From the NCBI GenBank assembly GCA_041752695.1, contig JBGSVZ010000085.1, positions 96,001 to 160,000 of the forward strand: 64,000 bases of DNA, written 5' to 3'. Source of the stretch: Terrimicrobiaceae bacterium. GTDB lineage: Bacteria; Verrucomicrobiota; Verrucomicrobiia; Chthoniobacterales; Terrimicrobiaceae. Shown piece after piece: positions 1-8,760 of the stretch. The notes beneath the pieces were generated by a model that was not told the DNA's origin, searched no databases, and saw only the letters and a list, made by a program, of their open reading frames with translations. Within the stretch, counting starts at the first letter, position 1; each line of letters begins with the position of its first letter. Position numbers and translations under genes: made by a program.

Positions 1-582
1 GCGTTTGCTCTCGCGCAAAGCTCCGGCAATCTGCGGGGCGTTTTCCAATCCCGCCCTGACCGCCCAGACGGCAAAAACAAAGGGCAGACCGGTGTGCGCC
101 TGCCAAAGCTCCCCCAAATCCTGGCAGAGCCACCCGGGAGGCAGCTCGCGATGGAAGGCGATGGCGGGATCGCCGATCAGCAGCCGCGCAGCATCTTCCG
201 GCGGCGGGCCCTCACAAACCCGGAGGTGCGGATGGTACTCCGCAATCAGCACCCGCAGCAGCGCGGCCGAGGTACGGGAGGAGGGATCCAGGTAAATTTC
301 CCCGCAATCCGCGAAGAGTTTCCGACTGACCACAATGACACTGTACACCTCACCCCGGCAGGCGATGGCCACATCATCCACGACGAGGCCGCCCCCGTGG
401 TGGAGCACTTCAAAGATGGGCAGCAAGGCGACATCCAGGCGGCCGTCATAAAAGGCGTCGGCAAGCCGGGCGGGCACGTCCAGCACCACGTCCGCGGGGT
501 CCAGCGGCCAGATGAGGGGCTTAGTGTTCAGGTACGAAACCGCCCCAATCCGCAGACCCGCCAGCGAGGCCAGCGCGTTCAA
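1..582 (-). CDS. mqnA: Chorismate dehydratase MqnA family (futalosine menaquinone pathway), 3' end runs off window
   Basis: Not in the ORF track. Manual translation from TTG at 582 (overlapping mqnE TGA) gives MNALASLAGLRIGAVSYLNTKPLI...IACRGEVYSV...LDPSSRTSAALLRVL...LLIGDPA...DLGELWQAHTGLPFVFAVW, typical MqnA motifs; frame open to window edge. Confidence 0.9.
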   Translation of the reverse strand, partial: MNALASLAGLRIGAVSYLNTKPLIWPLDPADVVLDVPARLADAFYDGRLDVALLPIFEVLHHGGGLVVDDVAIACRGEVYSVIVVSRKLFADCGEIYLDPSSRTSAALLRVLIAEYHPHLRVCEGPPPEDAARLLIGDPAIAFHRELPPGWLCQDLGELWQAHTGLPFVFAVWAVRAGLENAPQIAGALRESKR

Positions 583-1721
583 GCGGCGACCAGCCCCGGG
601 GCGTCCACAGGCATGGTGCTCGCGATCCGCTCGTAATAACTATTCCGCTGCATCGGCATCCGGCCCGCTTCGCGGATGGCTTTTTCCAGGGCCTCCACCG
701 TTTGCTGCTGGGGAGTCTTCGCCCCCGCCATGTGGAAGATTTTTTCCTCGATGATCGTGCCGTGCAGATCGTCCACGCCATAGTTGAGCGACAACTGCGC
801 CGTGGGCAGCCCGAGGCTGATCCAATAGGCGGTGATGTGCGGGATGTTATCGAGATAGATGCGACTGATCGCCAGATTGCGCAGCTCTTCGTACGCCGTG
901 GCGTGCGGAATGCCCTGGAGCACCGGCCGCGCCCCACCAGGCTCGAAGGCAAAGGGAATAAATCCGGTGAACCCCCCCGTATCATCCTGAATCTCCCGCA
1001 GGCGCCGGAGGTGATCAATGCGGTGGTGATCCTTTTCGATATGGCCGTAAAGCATAGTGCAGGTGCTGTGCTCGCCCATCTGATGCCAAGTGCGATGAAC
1101 TTCCGCCCATTCCTCGGCCGTCTCCTTGCCGCGACAGATCTGATCCCGGATCTGCTGATCAAAAATCTCCGCACCGCCCCCCGTGATGGCCCCCAGCCCG
1201 TGGTCGCGCAAAAGCTCCAGGGTGTCCCGCAGGGGCATGCGAAAAACTCGCTCGGCCAGGTGACGAATCTCCACCGCCGTAAACGCCTTGATGATCAGAT
1301 CCTGGTCCAACGCCCGGAGGTCCCGAAGCAACTCCAGATACCATTCCTTTTTCAGCGTCGGGTGCAGCCCACCCACCATATGAATTTCCGTGATCCCTTG
1401 CTTGAGGGCCTCCCTCACCGCTTCAACAATCTCTGGAGCCGCCAGCTCGAAGGCATGATCCTCCCGCTTTTTCGCCCCGAAGGCGCAAAACTGGCAGGTA
1501 AGCAGGCAGACGTTGGAATAATTGACGTACCGATTGTGGATGAAGGTGGCGACATTGCCATTGAGCCGCTCGCGCAGGACGTTGGCAATGGTGCCAATCC
1601 CATTGAGGTCGCGGGACCGGTAAAGTGCCAGACCATCCTCGTCGGAAATACGAACCCCCGCTTCCACTTTTTCACAAATGGGACGCAATTCAGGGGCCAG
1701 AAGGCGCGGGTTTACGGACAT
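579..1721 (-). CDS. mqnE: Aminofutalosine synthase MqnE (radical SAM, CofH/MqnC family)
   Basis: NYSNVCLLTCQFCAF CxxxCxxC motif, EIHMVGGLHP, GGGAEIF, TMLYGHIE, NIPHITAYW; adjacent to mqnA; start taken at ATG 1721. Confidence 0.85.
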   Translation of the reverse strand: MSVNPRLLAPELRPICEKVEAGVRISDEDGLALYRSRDLNGIGTIANVLRERLNGNVATFIHNRYVNYSNVCLLTCQFCAFGAKKREDHAFELAAPEIVEAVREALKQGITEIHMVGGLHPTLKKEWYLELLRDLRALDQDLIIKAFTAVEIRHLAERVFRMPLRDTLELLRDHGLGAITGGGAEIFDQQIRDQICRGKETAEEWAEVHRTWHQMGEHSTCTMLYGHIEKDHHRIDHLRRLREIQDDTGGFTGFIPFAFEPGGARPVLQGIPHATAYEELRNLAISRIYLDNIPHITAYWISLGLPTAQLSLNYGVDDLHGTIIEEKIFHMAGAKTPQQQTVEALEKAIREAGRMPMQRNSYYERIASTMPVDAPGLVAA

Positions 1722-1801
1722 AAGTTTCGTTAATATATCACAACTTCCCGGGTTGCGACGCAAGATTTTGTCGGGCCCGCGGCGCGGCGTCAGAATCTTC
1801 G

Positions 1802-2452
1802 CTACCGCAACGCCGCGATCTCCGTGGCCGCATCATCGGCTTTAAAAACCGACGTGCCGGCGACCATCACATTGGCACCCGCCTCCCGGGCCACCCTGGC
1901 CGTGGCGACCGTGATGCCCCCATCGACCTCAATGTGAAAATTCAGCCCACGCTCCGTGCGCCATTTATCCCCGACCCGCACTTTTCCCATCGTTTCCGGA
2001 AGAAACGGCTGCCCGCCAAAACCGGGGTTGACCGTCATGACGAGCAGGATGTCGAACATTCCGAGATACGGCTCGACCCGTTCGATCGGCGTCGGCGGGC
2101 TCACCGCCAGTCCCGCCAGACACCCGGCCGCGCGGATGGCGCCAAGGGTTTTGGCCACATCATGATCGGCTTCAACGTGAACGGAGATGGAGCCGGCAAA
2201 TTTCGTGAAGCGCGGGAAAAAATGGTCGGGCCGGGTGATCATCAAATGGACATCGAGCGGGAGGGTGGTGTGGCGCGAGGCCGCCTCCACCAGGGCGGGG
2301 CCAAAGGAGATGTTGTCGACAAAATGGCCGTCCATCACATCGCAATGGATCCAGTCGCCGCCCGCGGCAGTCACGCGTTCCACCTCCGCACCAAGGCGGC
2401 TGAAATCACTGGCGAGAATCGATGGGGCGATGAGAGTTTTGCGGAAGTCCAC
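1802..2452 (-). CDS. rpe: Ribulose-phosphate 3-epimerase
   Basis: IAPSILASDF, HCDVMDGHFVDN, DVHLM, MTVNPGFGGQ, EVDGGI motifs. Confidence 0.95.
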   Translation of the reverse strand: MDFRKTLIAPSILASDFSRLGAEVERVTAAGGDWIHCDVMDGHFVDNISFGPALVEAASRHTTLPLDVHLMITRPDHFFPRFTKFAGSISVHVEADHDVAKTLGAIRAAGCLAGLAVSPPTPIERVEPYLGMFDILLVMTVNPGFGGQPFLPETMGKVRVGDKWRTERGLNFHIEVDGGITVATARVAREAGANVMVAGTSVFKADDAATEIAALR

Positions 2453-2486
2453 AGAGAGATTTTTTAGCCCGGGATCGAGAGGTTGG

Positions 2487-2528
2487 CCACGGATTATTTT
2501 TTATCCGTGCCATCCGCCTCATCCGCGG
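2487..2528. repeat. Partial 9-mer palindromic element (ATCCGYG units)
   Basis: ccacggat...tatccgtgc catccgcct catccgcgg; reverse complement resembles left arm of element at 34632. Confidence 0.65.
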
Positions 2529-2541
2529 CTCTTCTTCCGGT

Positions 2542-3000
2542 ATGGAGTTGGTCAGTGACGAATATTTCATGGGGGAGGCCCTCCGTCTCGCGCGCAAGGC
2601 GTTCAACGCCGAAGAAGTGCCCGTCGGCGCGGTGATTGTGCGCGAGGGGCGGATCATTGCCCGAGCGTGGAATCAGGTGGAAATGCTCAAGGATGCCACC
2701 GCCCACGCCGAGATGCTCGCCATCACCCAAGCCGAGGCCGCGGTGGAGGACTGGCGGCTGACAGACTGCGACCTTTACGTCACGAAGGAACCCTGCCCGA
2801 TGTGTGCCGGCGCCATCGTGCATGCGCGCCTGCGGCGGGTGATTTTTGGCTGCCCGGACGCCAAGGGCGGAGCCGCCGGCGGACTGCTTAACATCCTCCA
2901 GATGCCGCAGCTCAACCACCGCTGCGAGATCACGCCCGGCGTCCTCGGCGCGGAAAGCGCGGGGATATTGCGGGAGTTTTTTCTGGCCCGGCGGGGTTAG
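2542..3000 (+). CDS. tadA: tRNA adenosine(34) deaminase
   Basis: EVPVGAV, HAE, EPCPMC, DAKGGAAG, LNH motifs. Confidence 0.9.
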   Translation: MELVSDEYFMGEALRLARKAFNAEEVPVGAVIVREGRIIARAWNQVEMLKDATAHAEMLAITQAEAAVEDWRLTDCDLYVTKEPCPMCAGAIVHARLRRVIFGCPDAKGGAAGGLLNILQMPQLNHRCEITPGVLGAESAGILREFFLARRG

Positions 3001-5027
3001 ACAGCTTCGTGGACGACCACCATCTGGTGGCAGGAAAATTTCTCCACCACAAAGTCCACCACGCCGCCATTCTGCGTAAAGGGAATCTCGAAGCCCTGTG
3101 GCTCGAGGGTGACCTGACTCACCGAGGGCTGGTAACGCAGGGTGATCTGCGTGTCACAGAGGGGCAAAAGCTCTTCGATGACTTCAATGGAAAGTCCGTT
3201 GGCCGCCACGGTTCCCCCGGAAAGATTCATCGCCCCGCCGCGACTGATGGTATTCGCGTAGAGGAGGTGAAGCACCCGCCGGTTTTCCGTAGCCTGGTGG
3301 TTGAACGCGACCCGGGCCGTGGAGGGCAGAGTGGTCGTGACGGTTGGCTGATGGTCCAGCAGGGAGGCGATGACCCGGGTGATGTACTCCCGGTAAGCCA
3401 CCGCGCCATACGTGCGATAAAGCGAGAAAACCGGGTGGGCTAGGCAGACGATATTGCCCGCGCGTACACCGCACGCAAAGCCCGAGGGGCGCGGCTGAAA
3501 CGGGGTGTGTTGGTGGCTGCAGAAGTGCTGGAACGTGCGGTTGAAATAGGGATCAAAGACCTCTCCCAAAGATTCCCCGGTGGTCGCCCGCAGCCGCTGC
3601 GACCGCAGGTACATCACAACGGGACTGGACGTAAACTCCGCCCGGTAGGCGTCTTGGGGCAGGATGTAGTCGGGGCAAAATTCACTCGGTCCCTCGTGGT
3701 CCGCGCCGATCGCCAAGGCGTACCCGGTCCCGCCCGCACGCAGACCGCTCTCCCCGGTGAGGAGAAGCCGTCCGCCCTGCGCCAGATAGGCGTCGAGCAG
3801 CGTTCGGAGCTCGTCGTCGATCCGGATGTTGTCCGGCAGAATCAGCAGTCGAAAACGCGAAAGATCCGCGGTGCGGTCAATCAGCTCAAAAAGAAAATGC
3901 CCCTCCAGCAGCGCACGGGAGGCTCCTTCGTCCGCCGCGTTATCGCGATGGGAATGGTTTTCCGCCTCACTGGACAAAACGCCAATGTCGGAAATGGGAC
4001 GGGCGTCGATGCACCAGGGTTCCCTCGCCTCGACCTCGCGATACGCCGCCCCGATCGATTGGTACGTCGAGGGGTCGAGAGCACCGTCCGGGTGAAGTTG
4101 GTCGCCGATGCTGCACTTGGCATTGAAGGCGATCATGGCCGCGCATTCGTAGCGCAAGGCATTGGGATGTTTTTGGCCGCCAAACTCGCCCCAGGTGGTG
4201 TGGAATTTTCCGGTCATGCCCAGAAAATCCAGACCAAGATTCACGGCGTATTTGGCCGACATGGGAAAATGGTCATACCCCCAGCCGCCGGTGGGCAGGG
4301 ACTCCAACTCGAGGTGACTGAAGAATTTCCAGAGGTCGCGCTTGCCCCGGGGAATGTGGCCGGAGTTGTGGAAGATGGGCATATCCGGATCGAGAATTTT
4401 GGCCGCTGCGGTCGTGCGCTCGAAATATCGCAGCAGGGCCGCATCCGCCGCCTGCTGACGATGGGCCGGATTTGCCGCATCCAGGCCCTCGGCGGCGAGA
4501 TACTCCATCCTCCACTTCGAACACCCGGGGGATTGGGCAATGATGTCCAAAAAGATGCCGTCGCAATCCGGGAAAAGCCGGACCACCTCCTCAATCTGGG
4601 TGCAAAGCAAATCGAGATAGGGACTGAAAAAATCCATCATGAAAAACCCCGGCTGGAGGGGAGATTTGACCCACCCCCCGTAGGTTCCCTCGGCGTCGAC
4701 TTCCCGCCAATCAGGATGTTCGGCCCCGGCCACATTATCCACGCCGGCGGAGAGGTAAATCGGCGCTGCGACGCCGATCTCCTTGCAGGCGTCGTATTGG
4801 GCCCGCAGCAGGTCAAAGTTCAGATGGGGGTGAAGTTTTCCGACCTGCGTCGGGTGATAACTCCAGCCATGATGGCACTTGGAAAAGAGCGTGATCGAAT
4901 TGACACGGGCTTCGTGCAGGGTTTCCTGCCAGCGGGCCTTGTCGAAGTTCTCCCCAATCCCCGGGATCTGGGGGGAAGTGTGGAAGTCGAGGTGAACCTG
5001 ACGGAAGGGGAGACGGCGGGGTTTCAT
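2997..5027 (-). CDS. Glycoside hydrolase, GH151 alpha-L-fucosidase-like (GHL6 + beta-galactosidase trimerisation-like domain)
   Basis: RQVHLDFHTS, FSKCHHGWSYHPT, DGIFLDI, HLELESLPTGGWGY, GMTGKFHTTWGEFGG, SIGDQLHP; start taken at ATG 5027. Confidence 0.75.
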   Translation of the reverse strand: MKPRRLPFRQVHLDFHTSPQIPGIGENFDKARWQETLHEARVNSITLFSKCHHGWSYHPTQVGKLHPHLNFDLLRAQYDACKEIGVAAPIYLSAGVDNVAGAEHPDWREVDAEGTYGGWVKSPLQPGFFMMDFFSPYLDLLCTQIEEVVRLFPDCDGIFLDIIAQSPGCSKWRMEYLAAEGLDAANPAHRQQAADAALLRYFERTTAAAKILDPDMPIFHNSGHIPRGKRDLWKFFSHLELESLPTGGWGYDHFPMSAKYAVNLGLDFLGMTGKFHTTWGEFGGQKHPNALRYECAAMIAFNAKCSIGDQLHPDGALDPSTYQSIGAAYREVEAREPWCIDARPISDIGVLSSEAENHSHRDNAADEGASRALLEGHFLFELIDRTADLSRFRLLILPDNIRIDDELRTLLDAYLAQGGRLLLTGESGLRAGGTGYALAIGADHEGPSEFCPDYILPQDAYRAEFTSSPVVMYLRSQRLRATTGESLGEVFDPYFNRTFQHFCSHQHTPFQPRPSGFACGVRAGNIVCLAHPVFSLYRTYGAVAYREYITRVIASLLDHQPTVTTTLPSTARVAFNHQATENRRVLHLLYANTISRGGAMNLSGGTVAANGLSIEVIEELLPLCDTQITLRYQPSVSQVTLEPQGFEIPFTQNGGVVDFVVEKFSCHQMVVVHEAV

Positions 5028-5098
5028 GAGCCCATGAGATGAAATTTTGCCTCGAATGGCTATAGATCGTGGCGACAAAAATATGTAAAATTCCGCGC

Positions 5099-5965
5099 AT
5101 GCACATTGGGAACACTCCCCAGACCCCGGCGGAAAAAGCGATTCAAAAGCTGAGAGTTTCGGTTTTGGAATCCCGTTCGATTTGGCTGGTCGACGACTGG
5201 CACCTCGACCTTTGTAGCCCCTTCTGGCGCTTGTATGTAAATAGCAGTTCTGGAGCCTGGCTCACCCACAAGGGTCGAAAATTGTTGCTGGAAAGTGGAG
5301 AGCTCTGGCTGATTCCGGCCTGGGTGCGGTTTCAAACCGGGGTGGCAGGGACCGTGAGGCAGGACTACCTGCATTTTGACGTGCGCGGGATTCCTGCGAC
5401 ATTTTTCCAACGAATTTTCGACCGCCCGATCCGATTACGTGCTTCAGGCTGCCTGCGGGCCTTAGGCGAGGAATGGCTGGCGGGCGTGGGTTTTCCGCAA
5501 CTGTGCTGGGCGACGTCGCTGGCCCATGCCGCATTTGCCAACGTGGTGGAGGACTGGCTGGACTCACGGTTGGAGGGCGAACTCCCCTGGCAGGAACAGG
5601 AGGAAGGTCTGCGTAAGGCGATCGAGGCGCTGGAGACACGCCTGAGCGAGCCGCCGACCAACCGCGAACTCGCCCGACTTTGCGGAAGCAGTGAAGACCA
5701 TTTCATTCGGCGCTTTCGTCAGACTACGGGAATGACGCCCGCAAGCTACGGACGCGCCCGCCGGGTCGCCATCGCGGCGGAATGGCTCACCTCCACGAGC
5801 CGCACGGTCGAAGATATCGCCGCGGCCGCGGGTTTCACCGACCGTTTCCATTTTTCAAGGGTGTTCAAGGACCGGTTCGGACAGGCCCCCGGGGCCTACC
5901 GAACGATGCACCGCCGCGAACTGGCCGCGTTGGTTGGAGGCCGAACCTCCGCAGAGGCAAGGTAG
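5099..5965 (+). CDS. AraC-family transcriptional regulator
   Basis: C-terminal double HTH (DHFIRRFRQTTGMTP...GFTDRFHFSRVFK...PGAYR); divergent from the glycoside hydrolase. Confidence 0.9.
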   Translation: MHIGNTPQTPAEKAIQKLRVSVLESRSIWLVDDWHLDLCSPFWRLYVNSSSGAWLTHKGRKLLLESGELWLIPAWVRFQTGVAGTVRQDYLHFDVRGIPATFFQRIFDRPIRLRASGCLRALGEEWLAGVGFPQLCWATSLAHAAFANVVEDWLDSRLEGELPWQEQEEGLRKAIEALETRLSEPPTNRELARLCGSSEDHFIRRFRQTTGMTPASYGRARRVAIAAEWLTSTSRTVEDIAAAAGFTDRFHFSRVFKDRFGQAPGAYRTMHRRELAALVGGRTSAEAR

Positions 5966-5996
5966 ATTCCAAAACCGTGTGCTTCAGCGCCAATGA

Positions 5997-6836
5997 CTAA
6001 ATCCCGGGAACAACGCGCTTCGACGCCTGACGACGCCAGACGTCCGGCGTCACGCCGACAATGCGGGCAAAGACACGATAAAAATGGGCGAGATTGTTAT
6101 AACCCGCGGCGAAGGCAACGGTCGTGATCTTTTCGTCCCTCGTCTGCAGGAGCAATTGCGCGTGCCCGATCCGGGCGCGGTTGACTAACTCGCTGAGAGG
6201 AACGCCGTAAAAACGGCGGCAGGAACGGGCCAGGTGCTCGGGGCTGCGGCCGCTGCGTTTTTGCCAGAAGGCGAGATTTTGTTCCATCCACTCGGGCCTT
6301 TGCAGGTCGCGATGCAGCAACTCCAGCCAGGGCGGAGGAACTTCGGGTGAGGTGGGTTTCGGAGTGGCACCCTGAATGGCGCAAACCCACGCGGCGATCA
6401 ACGCGTCCACTTCCCGGTTTGGTTCCATCAGACGGAACATCAACTGACGCAATCTTTTTTGCATATCGCGCTCCACCAAAAAATGTCCGGGCGGATGGCC
6501 TGCCGACTGCCAGCCGGTCGGAAGATCAAGCACCACCGTCAGATTCTTGATCCAGCGGGACGAGACAGCGACATTGACAAAATCGAGACTTTCCCGCGGA
6601 CCGGTGCTGAAGTTGTGCGCATCTTCCGGCTGCACAAACACAAGGTGTCCGGCCCGAAGCGGGATCTCGACCCCTCCGCGCTTGTGCCAGCCCGTACCTT
6701 CGAGGATGAGAAACATCTCATGAAAATCGTGCCGATGTTCCCTCGTGACGACACGGGGAGCAAGCCGGGTCACTGCGGTATGGCAAAGCCCTTGTTTGCC
6801 GCACAGTTCGCTCCATCGAAGTCGCTTAATCAACAC
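5997..6836 (-). CDS. AraC-family regulator with N-terminal cupin (ChbR/RhaR-like)
   Basis: HRHDFHEMF cupin motif; SPEHLAR...GYNNLAHFYRVF...GVTP HTH. Confidence 0.9.
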   Translation of the reverse strand: MLIKRLRWSELCGKQGLCHTAVTRLAPRVVTREHRHDFHEMFLILEGTGWHKRGGVEIPLRAGHLVFVQPEDAHNFSTGPRESLDFVNVAVSSRWIKNLTVVLDLPTGWQSAGHPPGHFLVERDMQKRLRQLMFRLMEPNREVDALIAAWVCAIQGATPKPTSPEVPPPWLELLHRDLQRPEWMEQNLAFWQKRSGRSPEHLARSCRRFYGVPLSELVNRARIGHAQLLLQTRDEKITTVAFAAGYNNLAHFYRVFARIVGVTPDVWRRQASKRVVPGI

Positions 6837-6897
6837 AGTATAGCCTTATGTCAATCCTGGCGAAGCTGCAACTCTTGGATTGTGCCACGGTCATTCC

Positions 6898-7725
6898 ATG
6901 AACACCTCCTTAGACTGCCGCCTATCCCCCGCCGAGATCGAACACTACCACCGCGAAGGTTTCACCGTTTTCAACCGTCCCGTTCTGCCCGTCGAAAAAT
7001 TCTCCGGCTTGCGGGATTGTTTCGAGCGCATCCTCTCCCGTCTGCCCGCCGCAGAACGGCCGGAATCCATGGACGTTCCGCATTTCCTGCATCCCGAATT
7101 ACTGGAGTGGGTGTTCGATGACGCCATCCTTGATTTGGTCGAGCCCATTGTGGGACCCGACATCGCCCTTTTCTCCACCCATTTCATTTGCAAGCCGAAA
7201 GGCAACGGCAAGCGAGTGCCCTGGCATGAAGACTCTGCGTATTGGAAAGGTCTGATCGACCCCATGGAAGTTTGCACAGTCTGGTTGGCGATCGATCCCT
7301 CCACCCGGGAGAACGGCTGTATGATGGTCATCCCACAGACCCACCGTCTGGGACAAAAGGGGTTTTCCGACTACGACGCGGTTGATCCCGCCCAGAACGT
7401 TTTCCCGACGGAAATCACAAAAAGCCAGCGGGACGAAACGCGACGGGTCTGCATTGAACTCCAACCGAACGAGTGCTCCCTGCACGACGCCCGCATCATG
7501 CACGGTTCGGAGCCAAATACTTCGGCAATCAGGCGCTGCGGCTACACGATGCGTTTCGCTTCCGCCGCTGTGAAATTTAACGAAGCGCGATTCGATGGAA
7601 TGCATCAAGTGTATTTGGCGCGCGGACAGGATCGCGGTGGCAATATCTATGCAGACCCGACGCTCCCTTACCCTGAGCTAATGAACCGACGCAGCCAGTC
7701 TGGGCGCCACAAAAATTCTCATTGA
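6898..7725 (+). CDS. Phytanoyl-CoA dioxygenase (PhyH) family Fe(II)/2OG dioxygenase
   Basis: PWHEDSAYW (HxD), VWLAID...ENGCM, HGSEPNTS..RR. Confidence 0.85.
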   Translation: MNTSLDCRLSPAEIEHYHREGFTVFNRPVLPVEKFSGLRDCFERILSRLPAAERPESMDVPHFLHPELLEWVFDDAILDLVEPIVGPDIALFSTHFICKPKGNGKRVPWHEDSAYWKGLIDPMEVCTVWLAIDPSTRENGCMMVIPQTHRLGQKGFSDYDAVDPAQNVFPTEITKSQRDETRRVCIELQPNECSLHDARIMHGSEPNTSAIRRCGYTMRFASAAVKFNEARFDGMHQVYLARGQDRGGNIYADPTLPYPELMNRRSQSGRHKNSH

Positions 7726-7733
7726 GGGGCCGT

Positions 7734-7759
7734 GGTAGCGGAAGACGTCGGTTTTCCGC
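7734..7759. repeat. GTAG-led REP-like hairpin between convergent genes (may also terminate transcription)
   Basis: ggtagcggaagac-gtcg-gttttccgc stem-loop. Confidence 0.4.
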
Positions 7760-7773
7760 CAACGCATCACTCC

Positions 7774-8748
7774 CTACAAGATCAGCATGCAATCGCCGTA
7801 GCTGAAAAACCGGTAGCGCTCCCGCACCGCCACTTCATAGGCGGCCAGCATCTGCTCCCGGCCGGCCATGGCGCTGACCAGCATGAGGAGGGTGGATTGC
7901 GGAAGATGGAAGTTGGTGAGCAAGGCGCCAACCCGTTGGAGGGTTTTTGGGGGATGGAGAAAAATGGCCGTGCTGCCCGCGTGCGACAGGATGGGTCCGG
8001 GGGGCTGGCTTTCGAGCACGCGGGCCGAGGTGGTGCCGATGGCAACCACGCGTGTGGCGGCGTTAATGGCACCGGCCGCCGCCGGGGAAATCTCGTAATG
8101 CTCCTCGTGCATCACATGGTCTTCCACGCGCTCGGCTTTCACCGGCACAAAGGTCCCCACACCGACATGCAAAGTGAGAAAAGTGTGAGGCACCCTGGCG
8201 AGCACCTCCGGCGTGAAATGCAGGCCTGCTGTTGGTGCGGCGACCGAACCCGGGGCCTGGGCGAAGACGGTTTGGTAACGAATGTCGTCCTCAGCGTCGG
8301 CGGCACGATTAAAATACGGCGGTATGGGCATCGCGCCGTAGGTGTCCAAGTCGGGCTCAGCCGCGAATTCCAACATCCGCTCGCCTTCCGGGAGCACGTC
8401 CTCCACGCGGGCGGTCGTGGCCGCAACGCGGACCTCCGCGCCGATCCGCATCTTGCGGCCGGGACGGACGAGAGACTTCCACCGCCCGTGACCACAGGGC
8501 TCAAGCAGGAGCATTTCGATGCGTCCATCTTCGGAAAAAAGGCGTGCTTTGATCACACGCGAGTTGTTCAAAACGGCGAGATCGCCAGCCTGAAGGTAGG
8601 ACGGAAAGTCTTTGAAGCGCCGGTGTTCGATTTCACCTGAATCGCGGTGCAGGACCAGCATGCGCGCGCCGTCCCGTTCAGGCAGGGGACGACTGGCGAT
8701 CAGTTCCTCCGGCAGGTCAAAGTGGTAGTCCGAAACACGCTGGCTCAC
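7774..8748 (-). CDS. queA: S-adenosylmethionine:tRNA ribosyltransferase-isomerase
   Basis: YQTVFA..PGSVAAPTAGLHFT, TLHVGVGTF, TNFHLPQSTL, YRFFSYGD. Confidence 0.97.
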   Translation of the reverse strand: MSQRVSDYHFDLPEELIASRPLPERDGARMLVLHRDSGEIEHRRFKDFPSYLQAGDLAVLNNSRVIKARLFSEDGRIEMLLLEPCGHGRWKSLVRPGRKMRIGAEVRVAATTARVEDVLPEGERMLEFAAEPDLDTYGAMPIPPYFNRAADAEDDIRYQTVFAQAPGSVAAPTAGLHFTPEVLARVPHTFLTLHVGVGTFVPVKAERVEDHVMHEEHYEISPAAAGAINAATRVVAIGTTSARVLESQPPGPILSHAGSTAIFLHPPKTLQRVGALLTNFHLPQSTLLMLVSAMAGREQMLAAYEVAVRERYRFFSYGDCMLIL

Positions 8749-8760
8749 GGAACACAGGCG

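Noticed and set aside
94..636. 180-aa + strand ORF
   Set aside because: Antisense shadow of mqnA.
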